DNA of 64,000 nt from Bacilli bacterium (GTDB taxonomy: Bacteria > Bacillota_I > Bacilli_A > ML615J-28 > CAG-313): contig JAZNQD010000009.1 of the NCBI GenBank assembly GCA_045589955.1, positions 48,294 through 112,293 of the forward strand. Reading direction: 5' to 3'. Positions 36,024-45,597 of the stretch are shown here, piece by piece. The notes beneath the pieces were generated by a model, which saw only the letters and a list, made by a program, of their open reading frames with translations, made no database searches and was not told the origin of the DNA. The position numbers were made by a program, and so were the translations under genes. The first letter of the stretch is position 1. Each line of letters begins with the position of its first letter.

Positions 36024-36406
36024 TGTCAAAAACGAGAACTTTATTTACAGAAGCTTTGAATCCTTTAAATAAAATTGCAAATAGCATTATTAAAAAATTA
36101 AACTACATCGAGTCAAGTTTAATCTTAGAAACACAAGATTTTGAAAAAGCTAAAGGTTATTTACATAAAACAGCATTATTTCATTCAAATTCTTATGATG
36201 AATTAAACGAAGAACAACAAAATCTCGTTCTAGAAAAAGTATGGAATACAATTCATAAGGTATTAGGTCAAAAACCGGTTGAAGAATCTGATAATTTAGA
36301 AGAATTAGAAGCAAAAATCTATAATTTTTTGAAAACGAACGGTGGTATCTTATATCCTTTAGAATTGTCAGCGAAAAAATTAGCTCAAGCAATTAAAGAA
36401 AAATAA
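36023..36406 (+). CDS. hypothetical protein
   Basis: 127 aa, ATGA overlap with upstream gene. Confidence 0.5.
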   Translation: MSKTRTLFTEALNPLNKIANSIIKKLNYIESSLILETQDFEKAKGYLHKTALFHSNSYDELNEEQQNLVLEKVWNTIHKVLGQKPVEESDNLEELEAKIYNFLKTNGGILYPLELSAKKLAQAIKEK

Positions 36407-36412
36407 GTAGAT

Positions 36413-37321
36413 ATGACAGATTTAAAAAGGAAGACAATTACCCAGCCATGGTTACATACCAAAGAATGGGCAGATAAACAACATATAAGTTACCCAAACA
36501 ATGTCCTTTCTGAAAAAGCACGTTCCTTTTTAACGTATACAATGCCAGAAAAACCATATCCTAATGATTTAAACTTAGATTTGGTATATATTTTAAAAGC
36601 AAGTGAATCAAATCCAGATATAAGAATTTCTTTACGTTCGGTTGCTAAGTTTTGTAATTTTAGAAGAATTTGGATTGTAGGATATAAACCTTCATGGATT
36701 AAAGGTGTAAGATATATCCCAACTATTCAAAACCAAGATAAGTGGAAAAATAGTATAATCAATTATATGGCAGCGTGTAATTGTGAAGAAGTATCTGAAA
36801 ACTTTATCTTAATGAATGACGATTTCTTTGCATTAAGACCAATTTATAACTGGCGAGAAAACTTAAATGTTTGTTTAGGTAAGTTATCAGATGAAGTAAG
36901 GAAAAACGCAAATAATCCTAAAAAATCACGCTGGAAATATGGATTTGATTATGCCGTAGATACCTTAAAAGAATTGAAATGTGAAAACGAATTCAATTAC
37001 GAAACACATTTACCAATTATCATTAATAAAGCTAATTTTAAACAAATGATGAAACTTCCTATTATTAAAGACTTTATGGTAACAAGAAAAGTCTTACATA
37101 AGAGAAGTATATATAAGAATCTTTATCCAGATTCTGTTCTTACTAATCCTCGTAGAATTGATGATGTTAAAATTACTCTAAACCAAGACTTATCGGATGC
37201 ATGGCTAAGAGAAGATTGGTTAAGTGTTTTTGACGATACAGTGGGAAATACTAGACAATATCCAAAGCTAAATCAGTTTTTAAGTAGTTTATTTTCAGAA
37301 AAATGTAAATTTGAAGTATAA
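36413..37321 (+). CDS. Stealth-family protein (hexose-1-phosphoryltransferase / capsule phosphotransferase homolog)
   Basis: LDLVYILKASESNPD (CR1-like), DIRISLRSVAKF...RIWIVGYKPSW...FILMNDDFFAL (CR2-like: LRYSLRS, IVT, YLNDD), ETHLPIIINK (CR3-like). Confidence 0.55.
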   Translation: MTDLKRKTITQPWLHTKEWADKQHISYPNNVLSEKARSFLTYTMPEKPYPNDLNLDLVYILKASESNPDIRISLRSVAKFCNFRRIWIVGYKPSWIKGVRYIPTIQNQDKWKNSIINYMAACNCEEVSENFILMNDDFFALRPIYNWRENLNVCLGKLSDEVRKNANNPKKSRWKYGFDYAVDTLKELKCENEFNYETHLPIIINKANFKQMMKLPIIKDFMVTRKVLHKRSIYKNLYPDSVLTNPRRIDDVKITLNQDLSDAWLREDWLSVFDDTVGNTRQYPKLNQFLSSLFSEKCKFEV

Positions 37322-37491
37322 TACTTTAAGTTTAGAATATATAGCCAATAATAATCTAAATTTCAAAAAGTTCTATAAGTTAGAAGAATTTATGGGATGG
37401 TATGATAAATTAGATTAATACTTTATTATATCCTTTTCAAAGTTCTAATAATTAACTTTGATATTAAAAGAGAAACAAGGATTATAAAGAA

Positions 37492-39453
37492 ATGGCTAAC
37501 TATAAATTTCCGGGCGTATACGCTTCTATTAGAGATTTAAGTGGAGTTGTTGCAACTAATAGTACAACAGCTTGCGCATTCGTTGGTGAAGCGGAGTATG
37601 GTCCAGTAAACACTCCAGTTTTATTATCTACATTACAAGATTATACAGATCGTTTTGGTTCACTTAGCTCAAAATACGGTTACGCCGGATATTCATTAGC
37701 CGTTGCTGCTGATACTATCAACGAACACTATTTTGTACGTGTTGTTCCAATGGGTGATCCAGAAACTCCAGTTGAAGAACGTGTAAATGATGCTCACTGG
37801 GCAGCAGCTTTTGTACCAGTTACAGGTAATACAAAAGAGCTTCCTGCTTCTAAAGGTTATTTCTACGAAGAAGTTAAAGCTGCTCAAACTTCTCGTGATG
37901 CAGGTGCTGCTTCTGGTTTATTTGCTAAAGATGATGTAGATTCTGCGTTCTTAGTAATGGCAAATGATCCAAACAATCGTAAATTTTACATTTCATTAGC
38001 AGACAGTACAATTAACGAAAACCGTGCATATTCAGTATTAGCACCAACTAGATTTGAACACGAGTCTGGTGATTCAGAAAGAACATTTGTTACTGTAACA
38101 GTTCCAGCCAGTGTTGTTGATGGTATCGAAGAAGGTTCAGCAATCGTAGTTTCTCGTATGTCAAACGATGTTCTCAACGGTACATTCAAAGTATATGATT
38201 GGGCATTAGATGGTCAAACTGCTACAATTACTTATATCGTTAATGAATTAGTAGATGAAACAAATGATGCAAATGCACGTGTAGGTCGTTATCCAGATAA
38301 TAATCAAACAACTTTTACCGTAAACGTAATGGAAAAAGTTGGTCGTGTAATGCAAACTCTTGAAACATTTGAATATTGTACATTATATCCAAGCCAAGAT
38401 AACTATGGTAATTCAATGTTCATCGAAGACGTAATTAACGGCTCTTCAAATTACATTCAAGTATTTGTAAATAACAATTTCACAGATGAAGATCCAGATG
38501 CAGTAGTTATTCCAGCATTTGTTGAAAACTTACCTTTAACAGGTGGTAAATCTGGTAACTGGACAGATATGAATCAAAAATACACTGACTTAAATGCAGC
38601 ATGGGAAAACTTCCGTGACCGTTCTCAAGTTGGCGTATCATTGTTGATGAACAGTGGTTATGTAACAAAAGAAAATGTTTCATACCAAGCAAAAATGTTA
38701 GAAATCGCTGAACATCGTCGTGACTGCTTCTGCTTGTTCGATTCTCCAATGACAGAAACTGATTACGAAGATTTGATTGACTGGAGAAAAAATATTCAGG
38801 GCTTTAACTCATATCGTGGCGCAGTATCTGCACCTTGGGTTAAAACATATGATTCTGTTCAAGGTCGTGCAAACTTTGTAATGTGTCCATCAGCTTATGT
38901 TGCTAAAATCATGGGTAATGGTCAACCTTGGGTTGCTCCTGCTGGTTTAAATCGTGGTGTTCTTACATCAGCAACTGTTTCACCTACAGGTTTAACACAA
39001 TACTATGACCAAACAAAAGGCGGTAACATTTACGCTGATAATCAAGTTAACTGCATTATCAAAGATCCAAGTTCTGGTTATGTAAACTGGGGTCAAAGAA
39101 CATTACAAGCTAAACCTTCTGCATTAGACAGAATTAATGTAGCAAGAACAGTTATTTATATCGAAACTGTATTACGTGATGCAGCTAAATGGCACTTATT
39201 CGAAAACAATACAGCTTACGAACGTATGCAAATTACCTTACAATTCACAAGTTTCTTAAATTCAATTTTAAGTGCTGAAGGTATTCAAAAGTTCCAAGTT
39301 GTATGTAATGAAACAAATAATACTCCTTTAGTAATTGCCAACAATCAATTGGTAGTAGATATTTATTTGTGGCCAACATATACTGCAGAAGTTATCATTC
39401 TTAACACAACAGTTATGGGTGCAGACACTACAGTTACCGTTACAACTGCTTAA
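37492..39453 (+). CDS. tail sheath protein
   Basis: N-terminal YKFPGVYASIRDLSGVV...ACAFVGEAEYGPVNTPVLLSTLQDYTDRFGSL matches contractile tail sheath N-terminal consensus (PGVY..E...afvG...GP.n.P.l..s...f...FG); 653 aa; GTTCTAAT motifs upstream, terminator downstream. Confidence 0.75.
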   Translation: MANYKFPGVYASIRDLSGVVATNSTTACAFVGEAEYGPVNTPVLLSTLQDYTDRFGSLSSKYGYAGYSLAVAADTINEHYFVRVVPMGDPETPVEERVNDAHWAAAFVPVTGNTKELPASKGYFYEEVKAAQTSRDAGAASGLFAKDDVDSAFLVMANDPNNRKFYISLADSTINENRAYSVLAPTRFEHESGDSERTFVTVTVPASVVDGIEEGSAIVVSRMSNDVLNGTFKVYDWALDGQTATITYIVNELVDETNDANARVGRYPDNNQTTFTVNVMEKVGRVMQTLETFEYCTLYPSQDNYGNSMFIEDVINGSSNYIQVFVNNNFTDEDPDAVVIPAFVENLPLTGGKSGNWTDMNQKYTDLNAAWENFRDRSQVGVSLLMNSGYVTKENVSYQAKMLEIAEHRRDCFCLFDSPMTETDYEDLIDWRKNIQGFNSYRGAVSAPWVKTYDSVQGRANFVMCPSAYVAKIMGNGQPWVAPAGLNRGVLTSATVSPTGLTQYYDQTKGGNIYADNQVNCIIKDPSSGYVNWGQRTLQAKPSALDRINVARTVIYIETVLRDAAKWHLFENNTAYERMQITLQFTSFLNSILSAEGIQKFQVVCNETNNTPLVIANNQLVVDIYLWPTYTAEVIILNTTVMGADTTVTVTTA

Positions 39454-39473
39454 TAAACAAAGCTTTAGTAATA

Positions 39474-39510
39474 AAAGGGATCTTAGAAATAAGGTCCCTT
39501 CTTTATTATA
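39474..39510 (+). terminator. rho-independent terminator after sheath gene
   Basis: GGGATC-loop-GGTCCC followed by TTCTTTATTAT. Confidence 0.5.
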
Positions 39511-39566
39511 TGAGTTCTATATACTATATGTAAAGCAAGGAATAGCTTAAAGGAGCAAACTAAATA

Positions 39567-40157
39567 ATGGCAAAAACAAATACACCTTGGGTTGGTACAT
39601 TAGCTGAATACGAAGCTTTAGAAATACATGATCCTAAAGTAACATATATTATTACAGATGACGTAGAAATTACAGATCTTATAAAAGACGGTGAAGTATC
39701 CGAAAAAACAACTTTTTCTTCACGTAAAATACTATCTTTACTTAAACAAGCTCTTCCTCCTATGCCTGATGATAAAGATAGATTATTACATGCAAATGGC
39801 GAAGGTTATGAATGGATATTAGCAGATAACTATAGAAAACACACTGATTTTTTAGCTTCACAAGCTTTTATTGGTGCAAAATCAATTAACTTAACTCTCT
39901 ATGCTTCAGGAAGTGTATATGAAATGCCAGAATGTGGATATTTAGTGCTCAATAAATACGCTGAAGCAACAGGTGAAGTAATGTCTATTTGGAATAATAC
40001 CAACGCTGTACTTTTAGATATAGCATATTCAAGTGTACCACATTCTATAGGTTGTTTAATTTGCCCAGTAAGTAAAGGTGATTTAATTAAAATACAATAT
40101 GATTTTTCTGGCGAAACCAAAGCCTTTAAGTTTATTTATGCGAAAGGTTGTGAATAA
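39567..40157 (+). CDS. putative tail tube protein
   Basis: 196 aa ORF immediately after sheath gene (positional inference only). Confidence 0.35.
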   Translation: MAKTNTPWVGTLAEYEALEIHDPKVTYIITDDVEITDLIKDGEVSEKTTFSSRKILSLLKQALPPMPDDKDRLLHANGEGYEWILADNYRKHTDFLASQAFIGAKSINLTLYASGSVYEMPECGYLVLNKYAEATGEVMSIWNNTNAVLLDIAYSSVPHSIGCLICPVSKGDLIKIQYDFSGETKAFKFIYAKGCE

Positions 40158-40462
40158 TGAGTCAATGGTTAGGATATAAAGATAGTGTAATTGTGGCAGT
40201 AGCAAATACACGTTATGAATTAGAAAATAGCCCATTAATAGTATTAGATAATATTGTTAAGACTGAAGACAAATATGTATTAATTAAAGGCAAATACGTA
40301 TTAGAAACAAAATCACACAACGATAAAGCAATTGCAGCCAGACTTGCAGAATACCCATCAATAGAAGACCAGTTGGATATGATTTATTGGGATAGAGTTA
40401 ACAATACCAACGTTTGGGAAAATACAATTACAAGAATCAAAAAACATTACCCTAAGGATTAA
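40157..40462 (+). CDS. hypothetical protein
   Basis: 101 aa, ATGA overlap. Confidence 0.5.
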   Translation: MSQWLGYKDSVIVAVANTRYELENSPLIVLDNIVKTEDKYVLIKGKYVLETKSHNDKAIAARLAEYPSIEDQLDMIYWDRVNNTNVWENTITRIKKHYPKD

Positions 40463-40464
40463 GT

Positions 40465-41334
40465 ATGACTATTAGACAAGGTGATAAAATAGTAGCAGGT
40501 TCAGTAGTAAACCATGACTATTTGGAATTAGAAAATAAACCCGTAATCAACAATATTGTTTTACGTGGTAGTTTTACATTAGCAGATTTAGGAATACAAC
40601 CAGCAGGTGATTATCTTAAGCGTGATGAATATTTATTTTATGTTAATACTTCTACAGAATCATTAGATACTTTATATAATAATCTTTTAACTGCACTTAA
40701 CAAAAATTCTTTAGATATTAAACATTTTATACACACTGTAAAAAATGAATTAGAAGACTACGCTAAAAAAGAAGACTTGTATAAAGTGAAAGAAGATTGC
40801 TCTGATTATACTAATTTGCGCAATACACCGGATTTAAAAACCTTAGACCAATATGCAACTAAAGATCTTTTAAACGAATTCATAACAAGAGATGATTTCA
40901 ATAAAGCTCTGTCTCAACTCGATTTATCAGAATATTGTAAAAAAGAAGAATTACCGAAATTACAGTCAACAACCGCCGAGTGTAATTATATAACCAAAGA
41001 ACAACTAGACATAATGTTAAAGCGTTATGTATTAGAGAATGATTTTGAAGTACGCTTAGCCGATGAATTGAATAATATTTCATCTGAAGAAAACTATGTC
41101 GAATTAAATCAAAAAAATAAAAAAAGACAAGAACGTGATGATAAATTAAACGCTGTAATTTGGCGAATAGAACGTTATGAACAACAACTTAAATTAGGAA
41201 TAGAAACCTTAGATACAGAAAAAACATATTATGGTTTATTGCAATATGTTCAGTATTTACGCGATATTCCTCAACAAGATGCTTTTCCAAATATAAACAT
41301 TTTAACTTTTGAAGAATACTTAACAACTATCTAA
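40465..41334 (+). CDS. fibre-like structural protein
   Basis: N-terminal ELENKPVINNIVLRGSFTLADLGIQPAGDYLKRDEY shares the KP.IN.V.L.GN..L.DLGIQ motif with minus-strand tail fibres. Confidence 0.5.
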   Translation: MTIRQGDKIVAGSVVNHDYLELENKPVINNIVLRGSFTLADLGIQPAGDYLKRDEYLFYVNTSTESLDTLYNNLLTALNKNSLDIKHFIHTVKNELEDYAKKEDLYKVKEDCSDYTNLRNTPDLKTLDQYATKDLLNEFITRDDFNKALSQLDLSEYCKKEELPKLQSTTAECNYITKEQLDIMLKRYVLENDFEVRLADELNNISSEENYVELNQKNKKRQERDDKLNAVIWRIERYEQQLKLGIETLDTEKTYYGLLQYVQYLRDIPQQDAFPNINILTFEEYLTTI

Positions 41335-41345
41335 GAGAAATAATC

Positions 41346-42227
41346 ATGGCAATTAGAATTTTACACAGTGTTTTACCACCAGCCACTGACGATAAAAAAG
41401 GTGGTATTATAGTAGGTAACGATTTAGATGTAACGGCTGATGGAACTTTAACAATTGGTGGTGTTATTTCTGAAATATCTGGTAAAGGTGGATCTTGGTT
41501 ATACACAGATGGTACTAAACTAGAATGGAAAGCTTTACCTGGAACCATTGCTGTTGATAGACTTAATACAGCCTTAGTCACAAGTACCTATTTAAAAGGA
41601 AGTCAAGGCGAGGCAATATTAAACAGTTTGGCTTCAAGTGGTACATATGTTGCATTTTCTAAATATAACTCTACAAATGGTAAATTTACTATAGCTGGCC
41701 ATCAAAATAAAGTACAATTACATTATATGGCTAATACTACAATTGATGCGGGAACCAATGCTCCTACTAAAACTGTAACCTTCTTAGACGAATCTGGTAA
41801 TTCTTCATTTCCAGGTACAATTACTGCGCCATTATTAAGTGGTACTGCTACAGCTGCTCGTTACGCTGATTTGGCAGAAAAATATATTGCTGATAAAAAA
41901 TATCCAATTGGTACATTGGTTTGTTTTGGTGGTGAAAAAGAAATAACTGAAGCAACTAAAACTGTAAACGGTGTAGTTTCTGAAAAGCCGGGTTTTATTC
42001 TCAATTCTGAATCAAAAGGCTTACCTGTTGCTCTAGCTGGTAAAGTAAAAATTCGTACAATAGGTAAAGTAAATAAATTCGATAAACTAGTATTAAGTAA
42101 TACACCCGGTGTAGCTCGTGCACGTAAATGGTATGACCTATTCAAAAAGACTATTGCAATAGCTCTAGAAACAAATGCCGCAGAAGCTCAAAAATTGGTC
42201 TGTGGTGTAACGAAATTTGTTTTGTAA
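41346..42227 (+). CDS. fibre/baseplate-like structural protein
   Basis: 293 aa Gly/Thr-rich beta-type composition. Confidence 0.45.
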   Translation: MAIRILHSVLPPATDDKKGGIIVGNDLDVTADGTLTIGGVISEISGKGGSWLYTDGTKLEWKALPGTIAVDRLNTALVTSTYLKGSQGEAILNSLASSGTYVAFSKYNSTNGKFTIAGHQNKVQLHYMANTTIDAGTNAPTKTVTFLDESGNSSFPGTITAPLLSGTATAARYADLAEKYIADKKYPIGTLVCFGGEKEITEATKTVNGVVSEKPGFILNSESKGLPVALAGKVKIRTIGKVNKFDKLVLSNTPGVARARKWYDLFKKTIAIALETNAAEAQKLVCGVTKFVL

Positions 42228-42305
42228 GGGTTTCTTTAGTAATAAACAAAAAAGGCTCTATATGGCTAAAAAACAGGGCCTTTATCTATATATAAATTTA
42301 CAGTA

Positions 42306-42551
42306 TTATTTTTTACCTTGAATTAATTCATTAGTAACTTTATTTTGAATTTTTTCTGCTTTATCTTGTGTTTGATAGCATAAAATAATTTGAGTAAAAG
42401 TTTTATCGCCTTCTAAGCAATTATAATTATAATCTGTTTGAATGAAATTATTTGTTGAAATAACAGTAGTTTTTGTTGCACAACCACTTATACACGAAAA
42501 GGCAAATAAAAAAAGAACAGCTATTAATAAATATTTACAAAATGTTTTCAT
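42306..42551 (-). CDS. o-spanin (outer-membrane lipoprotein)
   Basis: Signal peptide with lipobox AFSCISGC, 81 aa, overlaps i-spanin gene end. Confidence 0.55.
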   Translation of the reverse strand: MKTFCKYLLIAVLFLFAFSCISGCATKTTVISTNNFIQTDYNYNCLEGDKTFTQIILCYQTQDKAEKIQNKVTNELIQGKK

Positions 42552-42856
42552 TGTGCATTCTTTCTTAAATATTTTAATAAATCAGCTGATGGTTTTGAAT
42601 CACCACAAGAATCTTTTGGAATATTCTTTAACTTATCAGTATATTCTTTCTCTAGCTCTTTAATTTTTAAATCTTTTTGCTCAATAAAAGTTACTAATTT
42701 TTTATTATCTTGTTGTAAAGTAGCTATATTATCATTGGCTACACGTAAAGCATCTTTAGCTACTTTTAAATCATTACTAGCACTACGCCATAATCCAAAA
42801 AAGATAATCATGGCTAAAACTAAGCAGAAAAAGGTAATGATTAATGGTTTATTCAT
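42548..42856 (-). CDS. i-spanin (N-terminal TM, periplasmic coiled coil)
   Basis: MNKPLIITFFCLVLAMIIFFGLW then coiled coil LQQDNKKLVTFIEQKDLKIKELEKE. Confidence 0.55.
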   Translation of the reverse strand: MNKPLIITFFCLVLAMIIFFGLWRSASNDLKVAKDALRVANDNIATLQQDNKKLVTFIEQKDLKIKELEKEYTDKLKNIPKDSCGDSKPSADLLKYLRKNAQ

Positions 42857-43169
42857 CTTTATTACTTTTATCGATTGCTTTACCTATTACTGTTTTTAAT
42901 ACATCGAAACAGAAATCAAGAAACGCTATGCCTGCAACACCAGATACACCTGCACAAGCCATAATCCAATTTTTATGGTCAAAATCCGGTGCAAATAATC
43001 CAATTATAATACCACAGAAACCTGAAATGAAAATATTCTTAAAAAAGCGTTTCCATTCAAATTCTTCTTCTTTTTTAGAAAGCTCTTTTGCTGTACCACC
43101 TAGCAATGCTAATATAAAACAAAGAAAAACTGTCAGCGTCTCTGGATATTTGGCGCCACTATCTTCCAT
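42849..43169 (-). CDS. holin candidate
   Basis: 106 aa, 2-3 TM segments, charged C-terminus, directly upstream of spanins. Confidence 0.45.
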   Translation of the reverse strand: MEDSGAKYPETLTVFLCFILALLGGTAKELSKKEEEFEWKRFFKNIFISGFCGIIIGLFAPDFDHKNWIMACAGVSGVAGIAFLDFCFDVLKTVIGKAIDKSNKDE

Positions 43170-43187
43170 TTAAACTTCTCCAAATTT

Positions 43188-43811
43188 TTATTTGTCATCA
43201 TTTGTATTAAATTGACATAAATATCTCATGTGTTTAGCATATGCTACGATTACCCAATTACAGATTGCTGTAAATAACAACAATAATCCGACTGCAAAAT
43301 ACAACTCTTTTTCTTCAGCTGTTTTAGGGTAATTATGTACGCCAATTAAAAGAATATAATCTTTACCGTCTGTTTTCATATGGCGGTATTGAAATTCCAA
43401 TTTAGTTCCAGGCACTAATTCGTGGGTAAAATGTCCTACCTTTCTTTCATTCATTTTTTGTTTAAAATTTTCTTGTTCAAAAGGTGGATCTACTTTATAA
43501 ATAGAATATAAACAATTTTTAGTATGTCGTCTATCTGGTAGTAAGTTAAAGTTTTTATCTAAAAGGTATAAATTATTATCTTCAAATCTATCGATGATAT
43601 CTAAATATGTATACAATGTATCTTTTTTCTGTATAAAATGCGCGAATTCACTTATAGTATCGCGCTCATCGATTTGTCTTTTTAGTAAAGATTCATCTAT
43701 TCTTTCGAATAAATTTATAAAATACATGCATAAAACTGCTGATAATAATACTGGAATTAACCAAACCGCCCTTTTTATGTAACTTTTCGTACTTTCAAAA
43801 TAGTTTGACAT
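43188..43811 (-). CDS. membrane protein with N- and C-terminal TM helices
   Basis: 207 aa; no lysozyme motifs recognised. Confidence 0.45.
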   Translation of the reverse strand: MSNYFESTKSYIKRAVWLIPVLLSAVLCMYFINLFERIDESLLKRQIDERDTISEFAHFIQKKDTLYTYLDIIDRFEDNNLYLLDKNFNLLPDRRHTKNCLYSIYKVDPPFEQENFKQKMNERKVGHFTHELVPGTKLEFQYRHMKTDGKDYILLIGVHNYPKTAEEKELYFAVGLLLLFTAICNWVIVAYAKHMRYLCQFNTNDDK

Positions 43812-43906
43812 AATAAAAATTCCCTAAATTAGCCTATTATTATTGTAATAGAACTTGTTTAGGGAATGACTATGTGAAATATATAAATTATATTTACATG
43901 CTATTA

Positions 43907-45583
43907 TTATAACTCAGTGTTTTCAGTGTTAGATTCTTCTCCACTAAATTCTTCTGGTACACTAGGTTGCTCTAATTCTGCGATTCTGTTTAGCAAATTA
44001 TCAACAGTCATTTCTAGCTGAGTGATTCTATTTAATGCAAAACCCAAATTATTTTCTAATTGGCTTACACGTATTGCTTGATCACTAAGTAAATTAACTG
44101 TATTTTCTAAATTGCTAATTCTTGAATTGTGTTCGCGATAATTAGTAGATAAACCTTGAACGCTTTTACTATAACTATCAAAACTACTCTTTAACCAATT
44201 AATATCTCGTGTATTATCGCCAGATCTTAAACTCGCGGTATGCAATTTGTCATATACATCATCACGTAAGTCCAAGGTGTAACAATTTAAAGGTGAAGTT
44301 ACATAATTTGATACAAATGGACTATAGAAGTGATAACCAAATAAGCATTGCCAGTTACCATCTAGGTTTCTAATAAATGCACCAACAACAGGCGCAGTTT
44401 CTTTACCTAATGTATGACTAACATCAATTATCATTACACGTACAAAAGACAATTCATCGAAATTAAATGCTTCTAAGAAAGCTTTTTTCATCATAACGCC
44501 ATCCATACCGAGGACAGTTTCCATAAAATATGACGTTAATAATTCAAAGCAATACATACGAGATTTATTGTCATTATTGTATAAATCTACTAAACCATTC
44601 TCATATTGATACGGTAAAACAAAGCATAAACCATCTTCTGTCCAAGTAGTGTTTTCATCGATTGTATAAAAGCCTAATTCTTGAGAACGCGTAAATCCAG
44701 GTTGAACTAACTGAGAATCTTCACCATCAAAAATACTACTTAAATGATATTCACTAAAGGTATTCTTTTTAATATCTAATCTACCACCATCGACATCTAA
44801 AAATACCCCTAAGTTATTACTTGTTAATACAGCATCTTGTGAATTAACTGTAACGTGTGGAAAAGTAATATCATTTAAAGTAAGTGTCTTATTTGTTACT
44901 AAATTGTCTGTTCTGAAAACTGGTTTATCCTCAGTACCACTCTCTGTTGTAAAAGATCCAGAATCTTCATCCCAAATACTTTCTTCTTTAACACCACTTG
45001 GCTCTTCTGGTATATCAAAATTAACAGAAATCACATCTTCTTCTATTTTAATACCATAACCAGCCGTCAACGTATTTTGTTTTTCGAGGTGTAAGTCATC
45101 TAAATCAGAAATAACAGCTGAAGCTAATCCATCTACTTTGTCATTAATTACATCATTATTAGTAGCAACAACTTCTTTAACCGTATCGAGCTCATTTATC
45201 AATGTCATTACTTCGGCATTAGTTTTTATAATTTCACTCTTTACCGGTAACAAAGCATCATTAGTTAAGTAATCGCCTTTTACCTGAATATTTAAATCAT
45301 CTAAAGTTTTATTACCAACCAATTCTACATTATTAATAGAAGGCTTATCTCCAAATTCATTATAAGAATTTGCTGTTTCAACATTAATTGTTAATTCTGC
45401 CGTTTTATCTACAATAGGAGCTTCTTTACCATTAACTTTAATTCGCTCAATTTTATTTTCTTGAGCGTTTAAATCAATAGTCTCTAAAGTTCGATTATCA
45501 CTTGTATATACAGCAGAAGCTTTTGTTTTAGGAAACAAAAGATTACCATCAGGGTCTTTAATCTGTGTTATCTCTTCTCTCAT
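43907..45583 (-). CDS. tail fibre protein
   Basis: N-terminal IKDPDGNLLFPKTKASAVY paralogous to 59318..60004; KPSINNVELVGNKTLDDLNIQ and KQNTLTAGYGIKIEED repeats; C-terminal coiled coil. Confidence 0.65.
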   Translation of the reverse strand: MREEITQIKDPDGNLLFPKTKASAVYTSDNRTLETIDLNAQENKIERIKVNGKEAPIVDKTAELTINVETANSYNEFGDKPSINNVELVGNKTLDDLNIQVKGDYLTNDALLPVKSEIIKTNAEVMTLINELDTVKEVVATNNDVINDKVDGLASAVISDLDDLHLEKQNTLTAGYGIKIEEDVISVNFDIPEEPSGVKEESIWDEDSGSFTTESGTEDKPVFRTDNLVTNKTLTLNDITFPHVTVNSQDAVLTSNNLGVFLDVDGGRLDIKKNTFSEYHLSSIFDGEDSQLVQPGFTRSQELGFYTIDENTTWTEDGLCFVLPYQYENGLVDLYNNDNKSRMYCFELLTSYFMETVLGMDGVMMKKAFLEAFNFDELSFVRVMIIDVSHTLGKETAPVVGAFIRNLDGNWQCLFGYHFYSPFVSNYVTSPLNCYTLDLRDDVYDKLHTASLRSGDNTRDINWLKSSFDSYSKSVQGLSTNYREHNSRISNLENTVNLLSDQAIRVSQLENNLGFALNRITQLEMTVDNLLNRIAELEQPSVPEEFSGEESNTENTEL

Positions 45584-45597
45584 AGAAATTCACCTTA

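Noticed and set aside
42245-42290. Possible bidirectional terminator between convergent genes 41346..42227 (+) and 42306..42551 (-)
   Set aside because: The A/T-runs flank only a weak and ambiguous stem (GGCTCTATATGGCT / CAGGGCC), and no clean hairpin could be drawn by eye.
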